Shown here: piece after piece, positions 56,711-64,000 of the stretch
Position numbering within the stretch: the first letter of the stretch is position 1
How the letters are laid out: every line of letters starts with the position of its first letter
NCBI GenBank assembly: GCA_963663225.1
Contig: OY760142.1
Location: forward strand, 2,176,001-2,240,000
Direction of reading: 5' to 3'
Source of the DNA: Nitrospirota bacterium
GTDB lineage: Bacteria; Nitrospirota; UBA9217
Length of the DNA: 64,000 nucleotides
Made by a program: the position numbers and the translations under genes
Notes under the pieces: generated by a model
Databases searched by the model: none
Told to the model about the DNA's origin: nothing
The model's input: the letters and a program-made list of their open reading frames with translations, nothing else

Positions 56711-57085
56711 CTAGAACTTGTATCTTAATACGACGCCGACATATGTGTTAATAACTATCGGCGAATTTAACTGCCTGCCCATGAGCGGACCTATGCTCAA
56801 GCTTTCCGAAATGGATTTTCCCAAATCAGAGAGATGCCTTACTTCTTCGGTGTTTTTCTTCAGCATAGCGACCGTTGCAGTTTTGTTATTCGATATAATT
56901 AAAATTTGTTTTGGCTCACTCATATGGTCATCGGTCGGTGTCTGCGGCTCTGACTGCGATGTTTTTGGAAAATCGGCCCCTGATTGATCCGATGATGCCT
57001 CGATGGCCGGAATAGAAGATAAATGAAAAACCGTAGAAAATATGATAATAAGTGCTATTTTATGCCAACCGTTAATCACATCCAT
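56711..57085 (-). CDS. Hypothetical exported protein
   Basis: GAGG RBS; signal-like N-terminus; C-terminal YVGVVLRYKF strand. Confidence 0.55.
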   Translation of the reverse strand: MDVINGWHKIALIIIFSTVFHLSSIPAIEASSDQSGADFPKTSQSEPQTPTDDHMSEPKQILIISNNKTATVAMLKKNTEEVRHLSDLGKSISESLSIGPLMGRQLNSPIVINTYVGVVLRYKF

Positions 57086-57353
57086 GAGCCGTCCTCATCG
57101 CACGTAAAGTATTAGAAGCAAAACCATGATCATATTCTACCCCTACATCTATTTGATTCCAGTGACGGATATCACAGGGATGAAAATATTTCAGGGTTCC
57201 AGTTTGGTATTACAAGTAAAAGTATTGAAAACATTTTTTGCGATATTGACCTCTAACCGTAGAGCCGAGCCTACTGGGGCATATCTTGCATTGATCGGTG
57301 CGTTAGGTGCGATTGGCATCCTCAGTCAGAACTGTTTATGGAAGGCAGGTGTG

Positions 57354-57817
57354 ATGAGAAAAAACGATACAATCAGTCCTGAGACCCGTTTCAGTTAAAC
57401 CGCTTCATAATCGCTCAGGAAAAAATTTATGATGTTGTTCTTGAGGAGTTGCGAGAGGGCCAGAAGCAGTCTCACTGGATGTGGTATATCTTTCCGCAAA
57501 TTGACGGACTGGCCCAGAGCGCAACTTCAAAATATTACACCATCAAAAGCGTTGAGGAAGCTCGGCAATATCTGGAGCATCCGGTTCTGGGTAAGCAGCT
57601 GGTGGAATGTGCTGAGTTGGTGCTTGCCGTTAAGGGGCGGTCTATTTCGCAGATTTTCGGCTACCCTGACGATATGAAATTCAAATCATGCATGACATTG
57701 TTTGCGCATGCAGCTCCTTCCCACGCGGTATTTGCGCAGGCCATTGATAAGTATTTTAACGGAGAGCAGGATGCGAAAACGCTTCAGATATTAGAAAAGG
57801 GTAAATTTAGAGACTAA
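57354..57817 (+). pseudogene. DUF1810-family gene with an apparent 1-nt deletion near codon 10
   Basis: ATG 57354 (MRKNDTISP) is out of frame with DPFQLNRFIIAQEKIYDVVLEELREGQKQSHWMWYIFPQ, which begins at 57383 directly after an in-frame TGA. Confidence 0.7.
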
Positions 57818-57898
57818 TAAGCTACTTTTTTATATTAGTGACAGGATAGATTATGCTCCATATGCTGTTATATTCTGCTAAGATAAGGGTGACCGAAA

Positions 57899-58087
57899 AT
57901 GAATATCACAGAACGAGATCGGAAAATGGCTAACTTCTGCCGCAACGCGTGTCCCGTATGTAAACACGCCAGAAAAAAACAGTCAGGAGTGGCATTTCAC
58001 TTTGTGAAAGAGGTTGAAGACAGGGTTTGCCCGTTTTGCAAAGCTTATGCACGGGTCTATGGAAAAAAATCGCATGAACCTGCGTGA
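57899..58087 (+). CDS. Small Cys-rich protein (CxxxCPxC...CPFC)
   Basis: 62 aa; FCRNACPVCKHAR...VCPFCKAY. Confidence 0.75.
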   Translation: MNITERDRKMANFCRNACPVCKHARKKQSGVAFHFVKEVEDRVCPFCKAYARVYGKKSHEPA

Positions 58088-58141
58088 CGCAATACAGTAT
58101 TGTTTAGTTGATGTACATGGTTAAAAAGATGGGGAGGCAAA

Positions 58142-58861
58142 ATGAATCAGATAAGTCGTGGGTCAAAAGGAAAACAAAACTTTTGCTTTTTGATCGCGTT
58201 TTTTTTGTTTATGATTTCTGCCGCGCATGCTACAGAGCAAGCACAAACAAGTCCTCCGATTGGTTGTGATCCTTGCAAACATAACGACCTGATAGAACTA
58301 ACCAGGCTCGATTCGACAATCCACCTCGATATCCGTTACGCCACGGACAACAATTTTTTCGGCAGGGCGGTATATTCCGAGCCGCGCGCGTTTCTTCAAC
58401 GGCCTGCAGCGGAAGCGCTTGCTTCCGCCCACCGATGGCTAAAAGCGCAAGGTTATGGATTGGTGATTCATGATGCCTATCGACCCTGGTCAGTTACTAA
58501 ATTGTTTTGGGACATCACGCCGCCTGCTAAACGGATTTTCGTCGCAGATCCTTCTATCGGATCCGTGCACAACCGGGGATGCTCAGTGGATGTGGGGCTG
58601 TATGATCTCCGTACCGGCCGCGAAGTTGAAATGCCAAGCGACTATGATGAAATGACTGAGCGCGCATTCGTTACTTACACAGGCGGGACCGTTGAGCAAC
58701 GCACACGCCGGGATTTATTGCGAACAGCCATGAAGCGGGAAGGATACTTCTTCCCCTACCCGGAAGAATGGTGGCACTACGACTTCAAGGACTATCGTGA
58801 TTATAGAATTCTAGACATTCCCTTTTCAGCCATCGCACCCGCGGCAGGATCCAGGAAATAA
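58142..58861 (+). CDS. ddpX: D-Ala-D-Ala dipeptidase (M15D, VanX/DdpX-like), exported
   Basis: DIRYAT.NNF.G, DAYRP, SVHNRGCSVD, EWWH. Confidence 0.88.
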   Translation: MNQISRGSKGKQNFCFLIAFFLFMISAAHATEQAQTSPPIGCDPCKHNDLIELTRLDSTIHLDIRYATDNNFFGRAVYSEPRAFLQRPAAEALASAHRWLKAQGYGLVIHDAYRPWSVTKLFWDITPPAKRIFVADPSIGSVHNRGCSVDVGLYDLRTGREVEMPSDYDEMTERAFVTYTGGTVEQRTRRDLLRTAMKREGYFFPYPEEWWHYDFKDYRDYRILDIPFSAIAPAAGSRK

Positions 58862-59097
58862 GAACCGGATCAAGCGCGTTAAGCGCGGTATTGTCCCGCA
58901 CCTTATTTGTTCGAAGTTTAAAAAATGAAATGACGCAAAACGGTAATTTCTTTCTTCGTAACGGTTGCTGTGGATTTTTCTGGCAGGTTTGCGTGGAATG
59001 CGAATTATTGTTTAGGAAATTTCGCTGTCAGCATTCACGATGCACGGAGACTGTTGCGGCTTATGTTTAGCGCGTTCTGATGTAAAAAAACCTTTGT

Positions 59098-59511
59098 TTA
59101 CGCCTCTTCCCTGATCTCTTTCAATATGCTTTCAATATCAATGCCTGTTTTATTGAGCCATTTCAAAGCCGACTCCGCGTCACGGAACACATTTATTTGA
59201 ACAGGGGAATTGTCTTCGCTTATCAGCTGATGCATGCGACTCATTCCAAAAACGACATCATCCGGTGAAATAACCGCCAGCCTGCCGTTAGATGGATTTT
59301 TCTCCATTCTTCGTTCGGCTAACATGCGCATCTCTTCACTGGTATAGTGATGTTCAAGCCGGGTATTATCAAAAATTCCATCATAACTTGGAACAAAATC
59401 AGGATCGATTCTCAGGCGTTTGCTCATTTCCATGACGTCTTCCACAGGAGTTACTCCCCAGCTGCAAAATACGACGAGCTTGTATTCCGGAAGAATCCGA
59501 TATTTAATCAC
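59098..59511 (-). CDS. Hypothetical protein (STAS/SEC14-like small alpha/beta fold)
   Basis: GGAG RBS; RLAVISPDDVVFGMSRM...INVFRDAESALKWL. Confidence 0.65.
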   Translation of the reverse strand: MIKYRILPEYKLVVFCSWGVTPVEDVMEMSKRLRIDPDFVPSYDGIFDNTRLEHHYTSEEMRMLAERRMEKNPSNGRLAVISPDDVVFGMSRMHQLISEDNSPVQINVFRDAESALKWLNKTGIDIESILKEIREEA

Positions 59512-59648
59512 TCTATCTCCTTGGTATTGGAGTCTGAAATGGGAGTATCTGTCCCAATTACATATGATATCATATTAGCAGTTTTCAACGCCGGTCGTCA
59601 ACAATGCGTGCCGGTCCCTTGATCTTAATGGTTTTTGAAATTTCTGTA

Positions 59649-60701
59649 TTAATTCTTCTGCTTTTTTACTGATTTAATGAACCGGCCAAAGGCTTTGTCC
59701 TTTTTTCGTTTGTCCAGATATGACATCCCGTGAAATTCCGACTCTTTTTTGAGCTTGATATAGTTTGCATAACGATCCTCGGACAAGTCACCATTCTCGA
59801 CCGCGGCGCGGACCGCGCAACCCGGCTCGTGTTCATGGATGCAATCCGTATAACGGCACTGCGCGGAAAGACCGAGAAATTCTTCGAAACCCATGTTGAC
59901 CCCATCGGTTGCACCAACAATGCCCAGTTCCCTCATGCCGGGCGTATCAATCAACATCGCGCCCTGGTTCAGAACAAGAAGGTGCCGTCGGGAAGTAGTA
60001 TGGGTGCCTTCTCCCGTGGCGCTGACAGCTTTTGTTTCGAAAGTTTCCCGGCCGATAAGGCGGTTGATGAGAGTCGTCTTCCCGACTCCCGAGGAACCAA
60101 GCAGACAGTACGTGTTTCCCGAGGAGAGAGTCTGTTGAAACTCATCAAAGCCGGTACCGGTGACATTGCTCAGAGCGATTACTCTGGCTTTGGTGGCAGA
60201 GCTGATGATTTCGATCTTCTGTTCCAATTCATCGAGGGATATCAAATCCGTTTTGGTGAGTATGACAACCGGTTCAACATGTCCATCGGCCGCCATTACA
60301 AGATACCGGTCCAAACGGCGCGGGTTGAAATCAAAATGGCATGATTGAACAATAAAAGCGGTGTCTATATTGGCGGCAATCATCTGGACATCGACGTTTT
60401 CACCAGCGGTCTTGCGCCGCAGGAACGTTTTTCGCGGAAGCACCAGGTGGATAAGAGCTGCCGTGTCATTGTTGTAATAGTTTGCCGTCACCCAATCTCC
60501 GACACACGGCAGTTCTACGGAACTTTCAATTTGATAAGAAAGCTTTCCTGTCAGTTCAGCCGGAACTTCTCCGGATTCGTTCTTTATGAGATATGAGCCG
60601 CGGTCAACCGCGGTTACGCGGGCAAAGCTGCATCCCTCTCGTCGGAACTCTGCGGAATGTGCGTCAAACCATTGGTCAAATCCCAGATCAGTTAATTTCA
60701 T
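59649..60701 (-). CDS. rsgA: Ribosome small subunit-dependent GTPase A
   Basis: VGDWV, AANID, TKTD, GSSGVGKTT, GTHTT, IDTPG, CRYTDCIHEHEPGC. Confidence 0.93.
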   Translation of the reverse strand: MKLTDLGFDQWFDAHSAEFRREGCSFARVTAVDRGSYLIKNESGEVPAELTGKLSYQIESSVELPCVGDWVTANYYNNDTAALIHLVLPRKTFLRRKTAGENVDVQMIAANIDTAFIVQSCHFDFNPRRLDRYLVMAADGHVEPVVILTKTDLISLDELEQKIEIISSATKARVIALSNVTGTGFDEFQQTLSSGNTYCLLGSSGVGKTTLINRLIGRETFETKAVSATGEGTHTTSRRHLLVLNQGAMLIDTPGMRELGIVGATDGVNMGFEEFLGLSAQCRYTDCIHEHEPGCAVRAAVENGDLSEDRYANYIKLKKESEFHGMSYLDKRKKDKAFGRFIKSVKKQKN

Positions 60702-60801
60702 AGAAGCGTACCATCGAATGGGGGTATGAGTCGCACGTCATTGTGCGTTGGCTTCGAGTCGTTTGTTGATATTTTGGTTTATTTCGTTCAGCGCTATTAT
60801 A

Positions 60802-60834
60802 TCGGGGTTCGCTGCGCTCTACTACCCGACCTGC
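60802..60834. repeat. REP-like palindrome, copy 1
   Basis: TCGGGGTTCGCTGCGCTCTACTACCCGACCTGC. Confidence 0.55.
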
Positions 60835-60867
60835 TGACTTATCTTGTCGATCCAGTTTATACGGTGA

Positions 60868-61284
60868 TTATGCATTGTCGTCTTTCGGCCCGGGCCAAAA
60901 ATGAGGGTTCCAGGCTACTTCCCATAGATGTCCATCGGGATCGGCGAAGTATCCCGAGTAGCCTCCCCAAAATACGGTTTGGGCCGGTTTGACAATTTTT
61001 CCGCCAGATCGCACAGCTTGATCTAGAACCTTCACGACTTCCTCTTTGCTCGATACAACGTGTGCTAAGGTAATCCCTCGAAAACCATTTCCGCTAGGAG
61101 CAACCATAGCATCTTCAGCAAGCGCATCCCAAGGATACAGTGACAGCCATGACCCGTTCAACGTGAAGAAAGCGGCGCCTCCTTCAAAAGGCATACGAGG
61201 AAGGCCAAGTCCTTTTTCGTAGAACCGAACTGACCTTTCCATATCTGTAACACCGAGTGTAATCATGCTGACACGTGGTTTCAT
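60868..61284 (-). CDS. VOC/glyoxalase-family protein
   Basis: ITLGVTD..RS.RFYE.GLG; KPAQTVFWGGYSGYFADPDGHLWEVAWNP. Confidence 0.92.
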   Translation of the reverse strand: MKPRVSMITLGVTDMERSVRFYEKGLGLPRMPFEGGAAFFTLNGSWLSLYPWDALAEDAMVAPSGNGFRGITLAHVVSSKEEVVKVLDQAVRSGGKIVKPAQTVFWGGYSGYFADPDGHLWEVAWNPHFWPGPKDDNA

Positions 61285-61304
61285 TTATCATTCCTTTCTA
61301 GATC

Positions 61305-61340
61305 GTATGTCGGGTTTCGCTGTGCTCTACCACGACTGTA
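61305..61340. repeat. REP-like palindrome, copy 2
   Basis: GTATGTCGGGTTTCGCTGTGCTCTACCACGACTGTA, same orientation as copy 1. Confidence 0.55.
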
Positions 61341-61557
61341 TCATGCAACACAACGCTAAAAGTCTATCATACTGAAGCATATTCGTAAATTGAAATTTCC
61401 TTAACAGGATAACACGCTACTGTAGTATCTTCATTAATATTGTACAATTGATAAATACACTACGACATAAATTCTACTCAATATTCTATCCGTTTAATTT
61501 ATGCACTAACTTTTTGGTTGTTTGCACCGACTGAAGAGCAGCAAAAGGGATATTTCC

Positions 61558-61585
61558 TTGACAAGAAAGGTGTTTTACGTATAAT
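61558..61585 (+). promoter_or_regulatory. Sigma70 promoter of glyQS
   Basis: TTGACA-16 nt-TATAAT. Confidence 0.8.
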
Positions 61586-61619
61586 AACTATCTGTTTTTA
61601 AAATTCATTACAGGAGTTA

Positions 61620-62492
61620 TTGTTGACATTTCAAGAGCTTATACTGACTTTGCAAAATTTCTGGGCCTCAAAGGGCTGCGTTATTCAGCAGCCGTACGAT
61701 ACTGAGGTCGGAGCAGGAACATTTCATCCCGCAACCTTTCTTCGGGTCCTGGGGCCCGAGCCGTGGAGCGCGGCATACGTCCAGCCGTCCCGCAGACCGA
61801 CGGACGGCCGCTACGGTGAAAATCCGAACCGTCTGCAGCACTACTATCAGTTCCAGGTTGTTCTGAAACCCCATCCCGAAAATGTGCAAGAAATCTACCT
61901 TGAGAGTCTTGTGCAGCTGGGCATCAATCCGCTGAAGCATGATATACGTTTTGTGGAAGACGACTGGGAATCGCCGACGCTCGGAGCGTGGGGGCTCGGC
62001 TGGGAGGTCTGGCTCGACGGCATGGAAATCACGCAGTTTACCTATTTCCAGCAGGTCGGCGGCATTGACCTGAAGCCGATTACGGCCGAGTTGACGTACG
62101 GCGTGGAGCGCATTGCCATGTATCTCCAGGGAGTGAACAACGTCTACGATCTCGCGTGGACCAAAAATGTAAAGTACGGCGATGTGCACCATGAAACCGA
62201 AGTCCAGTTTTCGAAGTACAATTTCGAGCTTTCGGACAAAGAAATGCTGTTCCATCAGTTCGAATCGTACGAAAAGGAATGCGACCGTCTGGTGAAGGCG
62301 GGCGTTGTTCTTCCGGCATACGACTACTGCCTCAAGTGTTCGCATACCTTCAACCTTCTTGACGCGGCAGGAGCCATCAGCGTGACCGAGCGCACGGGCT
62401 ACATCGCGCGCGTGCGCAAACTGGCGAGGGCCTGCGCCCATGCATATCTCGCGAACCGCGAGGAAAAGGGCTTTCCGATGCTGAAAAAATAA
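61620..62492 (+). CDS. glyQ: Glycine-tRNA ligase alpha subunit
   Basis: [50 protein letters not shown]. Confidence 0.98.
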   Translation: MLTFQELILTLQNFWASKGCVIQQPYDTEVGAGTFHPATFLRVLGPEPWSAAYVQPSRRPTDGRYGENPNRLQHYYQFQVVLKPHPENVQEIYLESLVQLGINPLKHDIRFVEDDWESPTLGAWGLGWEVWLDGMEITQFTYFQQVGGIDLKPITAELTYGVERIAMYLQGVNNVYDLAWTKNVKYGDVHHETEVQFSKYNFELSDKEMLFHQFESYEKECDRLVKAGVVLPAYDYCLKCSHTFNLLDAAGAISVTERTGYIARVRKLARACAHAYLANREEKGFPMLKK

Positions 62493-62568
62493 TTATTCTT
62501 TGCTGTAATGGGCACATCGTTTTTTGCGGTTGTCCGCCGTTACTATTTCTGGTTGTCAGGAGTTGTCT

Positions 62569-64000
62569 TTGTCAAAAGAATTTGTATTAGAGATTGGTAC
62601 CGAAGAAATTCCCTCCCGGTTTCTGAATCCGGCAATTGAGAAAATGCAGGAGCTGTTCGTCGCGCTTCTCGCCTCCGGCAGAATCGCCTCGTTCGGAGAG
62701 ATCAAGGCCTATGCCACTCCCCGCCGTCTTGCTCTGCATGCCCCCGAACTGGCCGAAAGCCAGGCAGACATTTCAAAGGAAGTGATCGGGCCTCCCAAAA
62801 AAGTCGCATACGATGCCGGAGGCAAGCCCACCAAAGCCGCCCTGGTTTTTGCTGAAAAGAACAAAGTGAGCGTGGACGCTCTTACCATCAAGGCCACGGA
62901 CAAGGGTGAATACCTTGTGGCAAAGGTGGACGAGCGGGGTGGTGATACGGCTGACTGGCTCAAACAAATGCTGCCCGGCTACATCCTGTCGATCCCGTTC
63001 CAGAAAACCATGCGCTGGATGGACAAGGACATTCGGTTTGCGCGGCCCATTCACTGGCTCCTTGCCGTGTGGGGAGGGGCGGTTATCGATTTCGAACTGA
63101 ACGGCATCAAAAGCAGCAATCTTTCGCGCGGCCACCGGTTTATGAGTCCCGGCGCATTCCTGGTCAAGGATTTCAAATCGTATCTTTCCCAGACGGAACC
63201 GAATTATATCACCGTCGACCCCGAAGTCCGCAAACAGCGGATCATAAAGCAGACGCAGGAGCTCGCGAAAGCAAAAAACGGCGTGGTGCTGGACGATCCG
63301 GGCCTGGTCGAGGAAACGGCGAATCTTGTGGAATATCCGGTGGCTGTGCTGGGGACCATTGACAAGGAATACCTCCGTATCCCCAAGGAAATACTGATCA
63401 CCGCCATGCGCGAGCATCAGCGGTATTTCAGCGTGGTTTCAGCGAACGATGGCGCGCTCCTGCCGTACTTTATCACCATCAGCAACACCCGCGCCCAGGA
63501 CATGGACGTCATCCAGGCGGGAAATGAGCGTGTGCTTGCCGCACGGCTTTCGGATGCCGCATACTTTTTCGACCATGATATAAAACAGCCGCTCGAAAGC
63601 AGGGTAGAGGGGCTCAAAAAAGTCACCTATCAGGAAAAACTCGGATCGCTGTTTGACAAAACCGAACGGGTAAAGAAAATGGCAGTGCATCTTGCCGGCC
63701 TTTTGAATGCCGACGCCTCAATTTCGGAACGCGCCGCTACCCTCTGCAAGGCGGACTTGATCACCGGAGTGGTGGGAGAGTTCCCCAAACTCCAGGGCGT
63801 CATGGGCAGGCAGTACGCGCTCCTTTCCGGAGAAGATCCGAAGACCGCGGACGCGGTCCTTGAACATTATCTGCCCCGGTTCGCCGGCGATACCCTGCCC
63901 GCGACACGGGAAGGCATGTGCGTGGGGATCGCAGACCGGATCGACACGATCGCCGGCTGTTTTTCGGTCGGGCTCATTCCGAGCGGATCAGAGGATCCGT
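62569..64000 (+). CDS. glyS: Glycine-tRNA ligase beta subunit, 3'-truncated (absent from the ORF track)
   Basis: TTG 62569 after AGGAG; LEIGTEEIP, ATPRRL, GPP, MRW...FARPIHW, LVEYP, GNERVL.ARL.DA, CKADL, LQGVMG, EHYLPRF, GSEDP; runs off the window end. Confidence 0.96.
   Translation, partial: MSKEFVLEIGTEEIPSRFLNPAIEKMQELFVALLASGRIASFGEIKAYATPRRLALHAPELAESQADISKEVIGPPKKVAYDAGGKPTKAALVFAEKNKVSVDALTIKATDKGEYLVAKVDERGGDTADWLKQMLPGYILSIPFQKTMRWMDKDIRFARPIHWLLAVWGGAVIDFELNGIKSSNLSRGHRFMSPGAFLVKDFKSYLSQTEPNYITVDPEVRKQRIIKQTQELAKAKNGVVLDDPGLVEETANLVEYPVAVLGTIDKEYLRIPKEILITAMREHQRYFSVVSANDGALLPYFITISNTRAQDMDVIQAGNERVLAARLSDAAYFFDHDIKQPLESRVEGLKKVTYQEKLGSLFDKTERVKKMAVHLAGLLNADASISERAATLCKADLITGVVGEFPKLQGVMGRQYALLSGEDPKTADAVLEHYLPRFAGDTLPATREGMCVGIADRIDTIAGCFSVGLIPSGSEDP

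Noticed and set aside
57249-57308. Integron attC site (TCTAAC...GCGTTAGG); weaker look-alikes near 50720, 38670 and 59050
   Set aside because: Inner L-box pairing and spacing do not fit, gene orientations are mixed, and no integron integrase is present. An IntegronFinder run would settle it.
57380-57382. Another Sec codon at the DUF1810 TGA
   Set aside because: Not at a conserved Cys, no in-frame start with RBS just upstream, and no SECIS-like hairpin; a 1-nt deletion explains it.
58142-58861. Vancomycin-resistance (van) cluster
   Set aside because: Lone exported M15D peptidase with no vanH/vanA/vanRS.
62493-62568. T-box or other leader for glyQS
   Set aside because: The glyQ leader and the glyQ-glyS gap are too short and lack T-box motifs.

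Overview
Bacterial chromosomal window of moderately high GC. Gene content is compatible with an anaerobic Nitrospirota- or Desulfobacterota-type organism, but taxonomy cannot be fixed from this sequence. It runs from a truncated 7TM-DISM histidine kinase to glyQ and a truncated glyS, and is mostly accessory genes. The main finding is at 12352-13660 (- strand). What the ORF track shows as two small ORFs is one 224-aa MerB-like (organomercurial lyase fold) protein in which both catalytic cysteine positions are in-frame UGA codons. Each UGA is followed by its own SECIS-like hairpin. The gene is co-transcribed with an atypical MerR-family regulator from a MerR-type promoter with a 19-bp spacer, and no merA/merT/merP is present in the window. 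Other points: (i) three consecutive promoters with 11-bp-phased Pho-box-like arrays ahead of a B12 radical SAM gene, two small proteins and a secreted metallophosphoesterase; (ii) a 5.9-kb sigma54 activator/LeuCD-like/2-hydroxycarboxylate transporter cassette bracketed by a 70-bp duplication of the 3' end of a hydrolase gene; (iii) a secreted His/Gln/Lys 11-mer repeat protein; (iv) a two-component locus with DUF1566 and beta-propeller lipoproteins; (v) a G11 tract at the RBS of an outer-membrane protein gene; (vi) a frameshifted DUF1810 gene; (vii) REP-like palindromes flanking a VOC gene. No rRNA, tRNA, CRISPR array, integrase or transposase was recognised. All family assignments are motif recognition by eye; no database searches were run.
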